Below are positions 29,761-44,857 of a DNA stretch of 64,000 nucleotides, one piece after another (the stretch's first letter is position 1; every line of letters begins with the position of its first letter). This DNA is from Cercozoa sp. M6MM. Its lineage: Eukaryota; Protista; Endomyxa: Ascetosporea. A program made the translations under genes and the position numbers. Location of the stretch: the NCBI GenBank assembly GCA_040357565.1, contig JBDODJ010000038.1, one strand, 5' to 3'. The notes below the pieces were generated by a model that ran no database searches, had not been told where the DNA came from, and worked only from the letters and a program-made list of their open reading frames with translations.

Positions 29761-29832
29761 TAGTTAGTTAGTTAGTTGAGTCTTCTAGGAAACCAACTAT
29801 GTAGTTCCCCTGCACCGGTCCGGGGTGGGTCG
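29761..29832 (-). mobile_element. short 3' fragment of the LINE family with an intact (AACT)n tail
   Basis: The reverse complement GACCCACCCCGGACCGGTGCAGGGGAACTACATAGTTGGTTTCCTAGAAGACTCAACTAACTAACTAACTA is near-identical to 674-736. Confidence 0.9.
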
Positions 29833-29910
29833 TCAACGCATTAGTAGGGAGTTTTAATTTGGTTATAGTTTGTTTGATGGCCGGGCGCACGCATGGATAA
29901 CGGATAGTCT

Positions 29911-31072
29911 TTAATTGAAGAAAGAGCGTCGCATGTGACTGCGTTCGCGTTGCAGCAGTCTCAGGACGGTTGCGCAACCCGCAAGCACCGCCGTTGCGAT
30001 AGACAGTGCCCGAAGTGTCGAACCTTCGCTAAGGCTCTCTGTTCCTCTGTTTATTCGAGAATGCTGAGAGATTGTTTCAGTCATGGAGGTGAAATACCCG
30101 ATGAGTTGCAAAGGATGTAGCAGTGCAATGGGTGCGAGCGCGTTAAGTCCGCACACGAGAAGTACTTCGCAGAATCGACTGAATCGCCAGGTGGTTTGCG
30201 AAATCAAGACGTGCAAATACAAGAGCACTCCTTGTAGTATGCATGCGATTGCGCTTAATTCGACTTGCGCACGGGAGCTGGATTTCATGCCAGCCACGAC
30301 AACAGATGCACTAGGAGCACCTGCCATTATGCCGAAGGCTACTTGCGCTCCTCTAATAAAGATGGAAATGTACAGCACTGCATTGTTGCTGCGCTTTTAA
30401 ACAAGATAGTACCCATTAATTAACGTCACCGCATCGAGCGTTGGCACGAGGTAAAATTCGTGCAACGTTTGAAGCGTCTCAACTCCAGCGGGTGTTTCTT
30501 TTCTTCGCTTTTGCTTCCACTGTCAAATTTATCGCAAGCGTGCAGTTCAGACAATGCACTTAAAGACATGCGTTTCATACCTGTGTAACCTCGGCTAGCT
30601 TTTGATCGGCAGAGGCGACGGCAATGGGGTGGAACCGTTTCGTCACTCGGTCTTGCTGAAAGACTCGCGAGCGACCACGATCACCTTGGCCACGCAGCTC
30701 AGCGTTAAACTCTCCGTTAACTGTATCTTCACCTACTGCATCGGCACCGCTTGTAGCGAGATCGTCCAGCGCGATGCGGAACGAGCCAAACTCAGCAAAG
30801 TTGCCTGCTTGACCGCGCAAGTCGGCGACACTGGATCTCCTCCGATCCGTTCGATGTCGCTCGGGTCGCGAAAGTTCGAAACCTTCGTCCTGTGCACTTT
30901 GCCGTCGAACGCGTGGAGACAAACCCACACTGCTCTTTTCACTGCTGGTCTGGGATCTGTCTGCCTGCGAAACCTGCAGTACTTCACTCGACCGGGTGGA
31001 AGGTTCACTGGAGGCAACTGTTTCCCCCTCGTCCAGACGTCGAGCTCGGTGTCTGTCACGGAAATTACTCAT
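29911..31072 (-). CDS. multi-pass membrane protein with a disordered N-terminus, possibly transition-zone TMEM237
   Basis: Low-complexity charged N-terminus, RVFQQDRVTKRF, then 3-4 hydrophobic segments. It is head-to-head with IFT57. The family call rests on architecture only. Confidence 0.45.
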
Positions 31073-31235
31073 TTTGAAACCCACGGGAGCTAGAATGCTG
31101 GTTTCGCCTCTCCTACTTGGACCAAAATTCTCTGCCAATGGGATCCACGCGGAGGAAGCGAAATGCGACAGACTGATTAAAGCTGCACTGATAGCATTGA
31201 AACAACGCTACTCTGCATGAAAAGGCGAGGCACGA

Positions 31236-32745
31236 ATGGCAAACGGCGTGTTTAATCCGTTGGCAGCGTGCGATGACGCCGAGGAACTGCTGCGTCGCTT
31301 GTCGTATCAGGAGAGGTTTTGTGATTCCGAACAGCTGCCGTCGTTGCGGCGCTGGCAGCTCGTGTTGCCTCCGCAGAGCGATGCTGCCGCAGCGCAACAG
31401 TTTATGCTAGTGATGCAGTTAATCAGATGGCTCCTGCTTCAAATGTACCACTGCTCTCTCTTTCGCATTGTCCAATTTCCAGCGCATTGTCGTTTTGAAT
31501 GTTGGTTTGTCTCGAAGAGATGCATGTCAAGTGGAAGTGAGTGAATTCGAGGATCCCAACGTCATTGTGGCATCCTTGCTAGATGCAGCAGACCGTGCTC
31601 TAACCAGCAACACCGGAGATCCAAATTGTAGTCTGCTACAGACGCAGAGCAGAGGTGACTGGCAAAAGCAACTACGTCGAGCGCACGGTGGCGATGTCGC
31701 CCGTTTGATCTGTATTCTCGCCGCTCGGGCACTGCAAAAATGTGGTCAAGCAAAGCTAGTTGATGTTGAGCGACCCGAAAGACGCGCGGTGACTGAGGAG
31801 ATTGGCGAGTTGGCAGCCGAATCAAGTGATTTTGACGCACCTAGGCCTGCATCTGTCGAAGAAGAGGAAGCCGAAGCTGACGAGTTCCTCGGATTGTACG
31901 CAAGCGGTGATGATGAGCAAGAAAAGCTGTCGCAGGAAAATGAAGATCTCAAAAGCACAGAAGGCATTATTTTGGAACAACGCCGCGAAATTGACTCAAG
32001 GAGGTGGCATCTAGAAGCACTGCGTGTTGCTCCACAGCTGTTGCGAGCTCCAGTGCAGACTGACTCGCAGCACGAACAAAACGGACTGCACGACGAAGAC
32101 ACAAACGAGTTTGCGGGCTTAGACAAAGCACTTGCGATCGATCAGGTACGCTTGACTGCGCAGAGCAAAAGCTGGCTCTCGCAGTTGCAGGCGATGCGAA
32201 AATTCGCCTCCGTTCTCAAGCAACATGCGAAAGCGATCCAAGAGCCGTTGGCGGCAAAGCAACGCGAAGCACGCGATTCTACTGTCGCTACAAGTGAGCA
32301 AGAACGCTCTTTGAGTGCTGCGCACGCAGAGACGCTGCGAAGGTTGCGCGGAGTGTCGCGACAACTCACCGAAACCAAGAAAGAGCTCCAAGATTGTACA
32401 AGAAAAATAGCTGACTTGCAGCAGCAACTTTGGGATATAGAAGAAAGTCTCAACGCAGTTGAGTAAACTTACTCCTTTTTCTCCATTTTTTCCACTGCTA
32501 TGGAGTGTCATTGGCGCAGGACACAAATAGAAGCGCAGCATGCAGGTGTCAGCGACGTTACACCAGTACGACGCTTGAAAAAAGCAATAAACGAACTGCG
32601 TGCGGAAATTGACGACATGGAGTTGAACATCGGCGTTGCACGCTTCGTGCAATTACAAAACGAGGTCGAGACGCAACGACGGCGTCGGTCCGCCGCCGCA
32701 AAGAAGCGAGCTACCTCTACCCTTGGTACTGTAGCTTTCGAGTAA
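31236..32745 (+). CDS. IFT57: intraflagellar transport protein 57
   Basis: LRRLSYQERFC, QQF..LIRWL, EFEDPN, IDSRRWHLEALRVAPQL and SDVTPVRRLKKAINELRAEIDDMELNIGV; two introns. Confidence 0.9.
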
Positions 32746-33174
32746 TTACATGTACAGTAGGGATCGATGCTAGTTGTGAATTTCAAAGACACCGCGGGCG
32801 AGAGAGGTGGTCAACTCTTGCGAGCGAAGGCGGTAGGACCGCAGGTATCAGTTGTACAATAAGCTCTGTGAATTTGTCAGCTTGCCTTTGACGCAGAGGC
32901 GGAGTAGCGCGCATCGGAAGCGTTTAAGCGGACGCAACAAGCGTCGATTTTGACGTTAAACTGCTAACTGCCCTGCAGTCAAATTGACAGCAAATACAAT
33001 ATTCTGTACTGGGACATAGTTAAGCCAGTCTGGTGATTTCGGGTAGATCATCCAAGTAAACTTAAACTTACAACTTGACGTGTTCAGGCGATTTATAATT
33101 TTCAGGAACTAAGGAAACACTCTACTGCCAACTAATAATAAACTGACCGATTCTTTATGGCTAAAGCTTCGATT

Positions 33175-35056
33175 TTATTGCGGAGTGGAAGGGGGTGCCT
33201 GCGGCGTGTCGGTCGAAGCGGGCGGCGCCGCACCACTGGAAGCGAAGCACGCGCCCCACGCGTTGCCACACAGTGTTCCCAAGGACGTCGCAGTGGACGC
33301 CACAGCTGACGCCGCGGAAGGTGTCGCGTTAAGTCCAGTCATAGCGAGCTTGCCGGCACTTTGCAGCCACGAGCGGCCGTAGTACGTGGGATCAGTGTCG
33401 CGCGGCATTGACTCTTCGATGTGAGGAGTCTTGGCCGGCAGTTTCGCCATGGCAGGACGCTCAGCGGCAGGAACGATGTCACCCACGGGATTCGAGAACA
33501 CGAACATGTCGCAGTTGCGCATGTGCACAACGCTCACAAACGCAGGATCTCCGCCGCCGGAGGCGGCACCTTGGACTCCAAAGTCACTGCACAGACAGAT
33601 CAAGATACGAGGTAAATATTTCAATACTCCAACAGACAGGCTGTGTTGGTGTTGATGTTACCTTCCCAAATGGCGTGCAACCTCCATGTGCTGGGCCATC
33701 GCGTTTGCATCTTGCACTCCCGCGGTAGTGCTGAAGTCGAATTCACCAGACGGCTGGGGCAAAGTCTCAGTGTCGCTCAGCGACAGGGCGAGCTGCGTGG
33801 CAGCCCAGGCGCGCGTGAAGGCGCCGTGCGACACGACGAGCACGCAGTAGCGCTGCAGTTGCTTCTGCTGTTGCTGCTTCTGCAGGTGCCGCACGTAGCC
33901 CAGTGCGCGTGCTTCCACACTACTCAGTCACAAAAGGCAATCCCAGGAGTAATTTAGAAGTTCAAGAGCCAAGAAGGCCAACTTACTGCGAGACGTGCTC
34001 AGCTCGGAGGTGGCCCTCCATGCGCGAGGACTCAAACTCCGCCAGCGGCTTTCGCAGAATCGCATCGACCTGTCCTGCAGGGTCGGTGATGTCCTCGAGT
34101 TCCAGGTGCTCGGCGTACTTGTGCAGACCGTCTGGTGACATTGACAAATGTCAGATTGTTCAAACAGTCAGCAACTGCAGCTCAGCTAAGAATACAACTG
34201 TACCACGGTGAAGACGACCGGGTGCCTCGACGCGCATCAATTGCTTTACGAACTCGCTCGGTCCAGCAACAGCAGCCTGTCGCACCAGATTCAGCAGCAG
34301 GCCACGTTGTCCACTCTCCGTCAAGCTGCCAAGGAGTGTGCTCAGTCCGACGTTGGCACTCTGCGTCGTCAGTGTCTCGCGAATGCGCAGCATCACGCGG
34401 AATTCGCGTTCGGCGAACACAGTGGTGATGGCAGCTTCGGCCTGATCCACACCGTGGCAGAACCCTGAGTTGGACATCTCCTGCGCGAACTGCTCCACCG
34501 CAAAGCCCTGTCAACCAAACCAAGCACTCATATTGCCGGTACAACATCCGAACACAGTAAATCGATACTGAGTCCCGAAAGAACACAATGCACCAGAGTT
34601 TGAAGCGTGCGACGCTGTGCCGACACATGTATGGCGTCGAAGCGACCGAAGAAGGCACGAGCCAAGTCTTCGCAGGTCGGCTGCCGCCCCGCCAACTCAA
34701 CGGCAGCGTCGTACCAGCGCTGGCCCAAGCGACAAGCTTCACCCTTGCCCTTTTCGGTCAGAGCGTGGTCGGCCCCGATTAAACCGGCCTGAGACTGCAA
34801 CGCAAAGTCAAACAATAACATGAAGAAAAAGGTGGAACGAGTGGAAACTCAAATGAACAAGAATCGATTCAGGCCTGGAGAACGACTGTACCCCAAGATG
34901 AGCGTTGTGCTCGCCCTCTGCGTGTCGGGCCAGCAGCACGTGTAGGCCTTGCGAAGTCGGAGCGAACTCATTTCGCAGATGACCGAGAAGGACGTCGGAG
35001 CTTGCCGCGCTGGAGGCGACAACGACGAGCGCCGTCGTTAAAATCGCGCGAATCAT
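33175..35056 (-). CDS. secreted histidine phosphatase (phosphoglycerate-mutase superfamily)
   Basis: Signal peptide MIRAILTTALVVVASSAA, catalytic motif LLARHAEGEHN, D..LTEKG..EA, VLVVSHG and a Ser/Ala/Pro-rich tail. Confidence 0.85.
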
Positions 35057-35762
35057 TGTTTTTGGTTCGCCCTGGAAGGTCAAAGGATTGATTTGCGTCC
35101 GACTCCGATACTTGTCCTCAACTTGAGTGAGAATCAATCAAAACAAACACTTAAGACACAGTGGAAAGGACGGACGAAACTGGCACGTGTCGCGCACGTG
35201 CGACGTTCGGTTCTTGCTGTCTGCCTCAGGTTGACACGTGTCATAAGGTCGGACAACACACGCTCTTTACGAAGATCTGTTAAACAGCAACTGACTCGTC
35301 GGCAGAAACTAATGTGTGGGAATATTGCGCACGCATGTACAGTCAACACCTACAGTTGCGCGACGGCCATGCCTGACTAAATCAACGGCAAAATCGATCA
35401 TTGCTAAGCAATAGAGTTTACAGACGACATCGGCTACGTATACAGAACAGCTAGCAACTGAGCTGTTTAGGCAAATTCGATTGAAAATACTGAAACAAGC
35501 GCGGTAACGTAAACGGTACGCGAATGGCTTTTGCTAATTCTTAGTTCGCATAGGTGATAAACAAGACTGCCAGACCGGACAGATCAGGGTCATACACAAA
35601 CAAGATCGTCAGTTCCGCGCGGATCTTCGCCTTTGACCATCCAGTTTGCAACCCCTCCCTCCCGACTTGCAACCTGTCTGCTATATTTGCCAAAACAACA
35701 CCTTCTGCAACTTTCAGCTGACTTGAAGCACTCGGCACGTTCTGTTACCACCCCGCGACAGC

Positions 35763-36365
35763 ATGAGTCTTGAGAGAGATAGCTTTTTCACCCGACCGGG
35801 TGAAGTGAGCAGCGAATTCGTGCGCGAACCTGATGGTATTCTGTTGCCAGTTGAACCCGAAACGTTGCTTCTTTTGGTGGTCACTTTCTCTTAAATAGAG
35901 CAGGGAAACTACTTGTACACAAGCAGCTACTCTTCAGTGATGCGCAAAGGTGTTTGCATTTTTATTTTACTTTCCCTCAGTTGTCAGTTATGGCGGTAGG
36001 CACCGACGGAGTCGTTTGGAAGGAAACCAAGCGGTCCGAGCGTGACCACACGGGAATGGAAAAGCGCGGCCGTTTGCGTGAAAAGGACAAGCAGGCGCAC
36101 GGTATAATCGAGCAGCGTTCCAATGAATCCGCAGTGTGGGAGCGTCGCGAACAGATCACCGGGTGACTTTAAATGTGTTCCTTCACGGATAAATTCATAT
36201 TTCTTGCGTACAGCTTGAAGTCAGACCAGGTGGAAGACTTCGAAACCCAGTACCATACATTTTCATTTCCTGTTGCATCACCAAAACCACGACGAGCGGG
36301 TTTGTTTGTCCAGGTTCCAGGTCGGCGGCACGGAAGAGAAGAAACAGATCGAGAGTGGACAGTAG
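35763..36365 (+). CDS. myeloid leukemia factor (MLF)-like protein
   Basis: Spliced model ...YTSSYSSVMRK|VMAVGTDGVVWKETKRSERDHTGMEK...QAHGIIEQRS...ERREQITG|LKSDQVEDFETQF resembles the MLF domain. Confidence 0.6.
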
Positions 36366-36738
36366 CTGAGCATGAGTTCTTTACGTTACGCAATTTATAC
36401 GCGTTACCATTATGTTTAAATGCGTACACCTGCGTACGGTAGCTACCTGTTATCGCAGCCTTAGCAATTCAGGCTTTGGCAGTGCAAAAAGAGTCTATGC
36501 CAGGAAAAGACTAAAGAAACAAATGGAATCGACGTCAGCACAGATGTAGTTCCCCACGGGGGGTCCTGAGTACATCGTTTCGTAACATAGTGACTATCGT
36601 ATCACAAATCACGAGTAGGTAATTAAACTTAATCCCCGATCTGGCGGCACGGGGCGAACCGAAACCCAATGTCTTGCGAGGCGGGAACAGCAGGGATGGA
36701 GTTTGAGACGCCAGTTGGAGAACCGAAGGGAGGGCCCG

Positions 36739-38208
36739 TTAGACAAGGATCTCGTTGATGCTCTGCTGCACCATGATATCCTTGACGGAGTTGAACACCA
36801 TGAAGATGTTCTGCTTGTTGGTGGCGCACGTCACGTGCGTGTAGATCGTCTTGTTCGGCATGCGGTTGAGCTTCTCAAACTCCTCGGTGAGGAAGGCGAA
36901 AGCGAGCGCCGGGTCGCGCGAATCGCCGTGCGGGTAGTGCTGTCAACACGGGGGGTAGAGATACTGGGAGGTAATAAACAGCAAGGTACCTCGAAGCACC
37001 GCGTGAGCGGCACCTGCTGAATCTTCTGCTCGAACAAGTCGCGCTTGTTGAGGAAGAGGATGATGGCCGTGTCCTTGAACCAGCGGAGGTTGCAGATCTC
37101 GTCGAACAGCGAGAGCGCCTCGTCCATGCGGTTCGTGGTGTGGTCCTCGTACAGCACCTGGTCGTACTCGCTGATAGCAGCCACGAAAATCACGGCCGTC
37201 ACATTCTCGAAACAGTGGATCCACTGTGCATACCAATCAGTACATTCACAAGGGTCAGGAGGGGGGGGGGGTAAAACACTACCTTCTTGCGCTCGTTGCG
37301 CTGGCCACCGACGTCGAACAATTTGAATCGGCTGCCGTCGATCGTGAAGGAGGTCTCCACGATACCTGTCGTACGCACACGCGTGCGCAACACGTCCTGT
37401 ACAGGGGGGGGGGGGGGGNNNNNNNNNNNNNNNNNNNNNNNNNNNNNNNNNNNNNNNNNNNNNNNNNNNNNNNNNNNNNNNNNNNNNNNNNNNNNNNNNN
37501 NNNNNNNNNNNNNNNNNNGTACCTGCCGTGACGGGATGTACTCTGGCATGGCCATATCATCCACGCGGCCGAAAAAGTAGGGCGCTGAATCCGGCATCTG
37601 GAACTCGCTCTTCCGCGCGTACACTCTCTGCACGCCCTCGTCCGACCAGAGCGTCTTGATGTGCTGCGCCAGCGCCGCGTCCACCGCCGCGTCCGTACCC
37701 GCCTCGAACAGTGCCTGCGCCGCACATCGCAACTCAACTCAACCCAAAGCATCGCAACTCAACTCAACTCAAAGCATCGCAACTCAACTCAACTCAAAGC
37801 ATCGCAACTAACTCAACTCAACTCAACTCAACTCAACTCAAAGCATCGCAACTCAACTCAACTCAAGCAAAAGTAACGCACCTCACGGGCAGCCTCGGCC
37901 TCGGGCGTCTGCAGGCCGTAGCTCGGGTCGCTCGCAGCGTACTCGTCCACCTTGCGCATCAGCGTGGCCATGGCGCCCAGCGTGTTGGCGTGCACCACCG
38001 TCGTGAATGACATTCGGTCGGCCTCGGAGAAACCGTCGCCGTAGCAGTTGATCATCTGCTTGAAGAGCGTCGACTTGCCGGACTCACCAGCGCCCAGAAG
38101 CAGCAGCTTCTTGAGCTCCAGGTCGCGCTGCCTGTCCATCTCGAGCTGGTGCTCGAGCACCGGGTTGCGCCCGATGTTGTTCGCACTGCCGCTACTGCAG
38201 ATGCCCAT
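36739..38208 (-). CDS. heterotrimeric G-protein alpha subunit (canonical)
   Basis: [36 protein letters not shown]|WIHCF, FLNKRD and HVTCAT; ends [13 protein letters not shown]. Confidence 0.96.
37726..37866. repeat. compound (AACTC)n / AAAGCATCGC minisatellite in a G-alpha intron
   Basis: Directly visible tandem units. Confidence 0.95.
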
Positions 38209-39119
38209 CTCTGCCCAAAAGACGCCACAGACCCATATTTCAGCACAAAAAAAGCACACAAAAACCGAGTGAAAAATAAAACTCCCACCCCAAAAAATCA
38301 TGAAGGAGAAACGCACAACTCACTAAGATCGCACCGATTCGCCTAGCAGTTGCCGCTAATCTGTGCCGAGTACGCAATCAAAGACGTCGCCGTGTGTTGG
38401 TGCACGAAAACCACGAGCCTTCGACACAAACACCACACGCTTTGTGTGCTCGCTCGAACCTGCTCTTTGTGCCTGTGCTATCTCGAGGCGTCGTCGCGTC
38501 TCGTCTAGTCGGCCCTGTCGTCGTACTGTACTGGAGCGATTTTCAGCGCCGTCCCCTTAAAAACTTATGTCCAAACGGACAGGTGCCTGGTGGTCGCCCT
38601 GACTGCTGAAGTCAGCAACTGCTGACCCAAAAACAGCCAGAAGCTGATTTTTGTCTATTAATAAAGATCTAGTACCGCCTCTACGTTTAGTGGGCGAGAT
38701 TCTCTTGCTGATCGCACTTACTTCTACAGCCAGGCGATCGATCAGCGAGCCCAGCGATGCGGGACGGTCCAGTACAGTACTTCTTGCACTGTACGCTACT
38801 GTACAGTACATATACAGTACTGTACAGGTGTTTTAGTCTTGTCCTGTACTTTTTAGTCTTGTTCTGTACAGTACTGGTAAAATTGTAGGAGGTACGAAAT
38901 CCCTTATTTCGGTCACAGTGGGCTACAAAAAATAAAACTGTGTGGGCGATACCTTAATACACCGTGGCTTTCTAGATAGTCTAGTGCCGTGCTAACCTTG
39001 TTTTTGTGCTACTGACCTTGTCAAAAAGCCGCTCTGAAGTGTACGGGACAGAATGGACTGAATTGCTTTTTCTCCTGTTTGACTTGCTCTTCCAAGTAGC
39101 AGGCGCAGACACTTCAACA

Positions 39120-40803
<1,684 letters not shown>

Positions 40804-40910
40804 ATCTGGCTATCTCTTCATGCAATCGCAGTTTCGTTCGATGAATTTTTTGTCGATTAATTCAGCTGACTTGGCTTTAATTTGCCGCGCCATTCGAGCG
40901 CTACGCTTTG

Positions 40911-41689
40911 TTAGGCCTGCGGCGCTTGCTGCATGAGATGCGCTGGCATCTGAGCCAAGGCGGCCAGCAGGTCGGCACCCAGAGGCGCACTCGGTCGCTG
41001 CACGTGCGCGTACTCGGTGACGTACTTGTTGCCGACTGCACAGCGACACAGTAAAGAGGCCCAATGTCAGTGAGAGAAGGAGTACTGTCACACGACTGAG
41101 AGCACGTGTAGACAGCGATGGTGCCAAAGTCCATGTCATTGGGCGCAAAGCCAACACCCACGACTGACATGAAAGTCGGCATCAGTTGGAATTCGAATTG
41201 CCTGCAGGTCAAAGAACAAAATGTACCTAGATACAGATTACATGTGCACTACGTATATGCAGTACCGATCGGCACCGCAGAGCGAGCACACCGGCACTTG
41301 CACAAATGCGTTCGACTCGTCGTTTTTTTCTTCCTCGGCGTCCTCGCGGGCCTCCTGCAGCGCAGCGTCCGATCTGTGTTGACAGAGAGTATTTATTGTG
41401 TGTTTGCACTTTGCAAGGATAGTGGAAGAGGCACCGATCGTTTTCATTGACACTGGCTTTGTCGGAACTGCCGGCCCAGAGTGCGACACCGCCGGGCTGG
41501 TATCGCAATACTTGCTCCGGGTGGTGTTTGACGACACGTTGGAATCTCTACAAGTAGCTGGATAGATGGAGATAAATAGGAAAGTAGATAGGTAAGCACA
41601 TAGATAGGTAGATAAAAAGACGGATAGTAAACAGATAGATAAGTAGACAGACATATGGACAGATAGATAGACAGATAGTAGATAGATAA

Positions 41690-41742
<53 letters not shown>

Positions 41743-42814
41743 CAGATGGACAGACAAACAAACGAAAGATTATCTAAAATATTATATAGAGACAAAAGGA
41801 CACCTCAAACTCCATGTCGTCGTTGCGACTACGGTTTTCGTACTGTTCGAGTTCCTCCACCGTGATCTGTCGCACGTCGCTGTTCTGGTCTTTCATGGCT
41901 TCCGTGTACTGTCGCAGCGCTTCGTTCGCCTGCGCACGCTCCTCTGGCGTCAGTTTCGAGATGCCACTGCTCGCAAACTAATCCAGAACAGCACTAAAAA
42001 ACATGACAGCAGAAGAAACCTCCGCTTGGAATCCTCCTCTTGCGCAACTTCAGTAATCGATGGAACCACCGTTTCGTCCTCTTCCGTCGAAATATCGAAC
42101 TGAGGGTACTCCTACATAAAAGAGAATGAAAGTTAAAGTTGAGAGTGAAAAGAATTGTGGCAATGATACAATGAAATCAAAGTCGGGAATCTGCAGCGAA
42201 TCGCGCGAAACATCGTCGAATTCGACCGCTTCTTCCTGCAAGAAAAACACAGAGTTGCATTCAAAACGACAACTGTCAGCGGAAGAAAAGCGCACAAGGT
42301 CAGCATCCGGGAAGTCCGGCGCCTCCTCATCGAAAAACTCGTTGCGCAACGGCAGCTGACTGCGAAGCACCACGGCGCTCTTCCTGCTTTCCCAAGTGTA
42401 CATATTTGAGTTCAAACAAGTCCTTGCAACTAACGCACTTCAACAAGCAAGTCGCCTTGGCACACGCAAACAGAAACAGCGTGCGGTGGAAGGCGCGATC
42501 CGTGTCTAAGCAGCCAGGTGTGACAAGCATATTTAACATACAGACACGTTTGAATATACCCAATTCGCGCATCGGGGCGTAAATCTGAGCCAAAAATCGC
42601 ATGTTGTCGCCGCAATGCTTGCACTTCAGTTCATCTCTGCAAACTCACATTCACAATGAAAGCCAAAGAACCAAAAGCGTTGCTACCCGCTGGGAAGTTC
42701 CGCCGACAGCCAGGCAGGTGACCCTCCAATTTTGCTTGGAAAGTACTGACGCAGCAGCGCATCAGGATGCAGCTGCGACACTGCAAAGCCGAGGTAGACC
42801 GGGTCACTCGACAT
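40911..42814 (-). CDS. PDCD2: PDCD2/Tsr4-family protein
   Basis: [47 protein letters not shown] and [15 protein letters not shown]. Confidence 0.9.
41561..41770. repeat. (GATA)n microsatellite in a PDCD2 intron
   Basis: Directly visible. Confidence 0.95.
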
Positions 42815-43056
42815 GATGTTTTCGCTTTGCTGCGAAACGCACAGATCTCCCGATTCAAGCTTTGGCAATTCCAACAACAATTTTACCAGACAAAACCGAT
42901 ACGCGCACACACGTGCGTTGATTCCACGTGTTTGCCAAGCCACTGGCTATTGCTTGGCTTTTCTTTTTTGGACAAAGGTGGCTACCCTGGTCAGCGAAAG
43001 CGCAGCAGAGGAGCTCGCACAGGTAGCACGTGCCGCAGTAGTGTCTTACGCCACCG

Positions 43057-44857
43057 ATGAACGCACAGGTAACTCGGCATGTGGCGCAGGATGCGCGAGA
43101 TGGCCATTTTTCTAAGCGTCTTTTACATTGCATATGTGCAGCGACTCGTGCGCCAGGTGCGCTGGAAAACCGTGGCGCCCAAGGGACGATTTCTCGTGCC
43201 GGCAGAGTACACCACGAGGGTGTGCACACTAATATTATTTCAAAGTTGGCCATGATCAAAATTATTGTTTTTTTTTTGTTTCGTGAGTTGTGGATTTGTG
43301 ATAACAGGAAACCAAGGCCGCCATCGGCAGACTGTCGGAGAAGGCACACAAGGCCATGTAAGCTGTGCTGTTCTTGTGTGTGGAAGCGCTTGTATGACCA
43401 ATTCTGCTTCTCAGGTTCCTGGGTGAGTTGAAGGAGCGTCAGCGCAAGGTAGCTTTGCTTTTGGCGTCGCTGTTCGCATGTCGAAACGTTTTGACGGTTG
43501 TTTGTGCACGCAGATGCATCCGATGTACACGGCCGAATTGCCGGCGGATCTGGCTCAGAGAAAAAAGAAGGCGCTCAGCAAGTCGCTGCCGCCGAACAGC
43601 GTTGGCGAGGTGCAGCTTTTTTCATATAATAGTGTGTTTGGGATGGTATAACCATGTTTGTTTGCTGTTGTGCAGGGCTCGCACTCGGGCAGCGAGTTCA
43701 TCGAGTTCACTCCCGAGCTGCAAGGTACTCAGACTTCATTCACACTCAGACAGCGTGAGCTGAAGTGGGCAAACTCGTGCGTGTGTATTTGTGTGCTTCT
43801 GCAGAATTGAACGCGGAACATTACGAGCTGCCAGAGCACGTTGTGCGTTGTTTATTTATTGGCTTTGTTTGTTTGTAGCATGTGTGTGTGTGTGTGTGTA
43901 CAGACCAAGTTTCACGGCAAGCCCAAGACGCTGCCGACTCGCTACGAGGCCGCCAAGAAGCTGCGTGAGAGTCAGATTGCTCCGGTATGCGTTGTTGACT
44001 GCTCTGTTGACTGCTCTGTTGACTGCTCTGTTGACATGCGTGTTTTCTGCAGCTTGAGGAGATGTACAGCAAGGCTCTGAAGCCCGAGCTTCCGTACCCA
44101 GTGCCGCACTTGCCTGTGGAACAGGTACTTGTCATATAATTATGGATAGAACTAGATATGTGTGATATCATGTGCAGTGGCCGGAGAGAGTCGAACGTCG
44201 TCAGGCGCCGCAACGCACACTCGCGCAGATCCGACCGAACCGTCCGGGTCACCCGTTCAAGAAGCAGCCCAAGGGTAGTCCCCTCCTTATATTATATATG
44301 TGTAATATTATCTCTTTTTCCTGAGCAGGCAGATACTGGATGGAACTCATTCACCGCGAACTCGTCGCCAAGTGCGAGGAAGAGTACACGCGACCTCTGG
44401 TATCTTTACTCAATACAGCATAGATAGCTATAGACTTGTGTATCTATCGGCGTGTATAGGTGCTTGCCGGTGATTGGATTAAGATCACGATGCTCGAGTC
44501 GCTTCGCGATCAGGTAGGCTTTCAACTTATCTTGCGCAGGCAGTAGAATTTATGTATGATGGCTTGCGCTTAGTCCAAGACGCGTGTGGTCGAAGGTCTC
44601 GTGATCGCTCGTCGCAACAACGGTTACAGTACCACGATCTTGCTGCGCGTGCCCTGGGCGACCACTGCCGTAACTTCTTCACTTTTGTGTCTCGGCCCCA
44701 GTACGTATATAATCCTCCTTCGCAGGGCGGCTGGCACGAACTCGTGATTCCGCTGTACTCACCGTTCGTCAAGCACGTGCGACCGATTCGACGTGCCGAT
44801 ACGCGTCGCAGCAAGCTCTACTACATGCGCGACTTTGGCTCTCGCCACGAGCCGTAA
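43057..44857 (+). CDS. mitochondrial ribosomal protein bL19m-like, with a long N-terminal extension
   Basis: C-terminal ELVIPLYSP...RRSKLYYMRD is the L19 signature, GDWIKI lies upstream, and the N-terminus is basic. The start is tentative. Confidence 0.75.

Noticed and set aside
36543-36576. GATGTAGTTCCCC...GGGGTC resembling the LINE end, and a possible hairpin
   Set aside because: The match is only about 12 nt with no tail, too short to call.
37726-37866. CRISPR-like repeat/spacer appearance
   Set aside because: The intervening units are (AACTC)n rather than unique spacers; it is an intronic minisatellite in a eukaryote.
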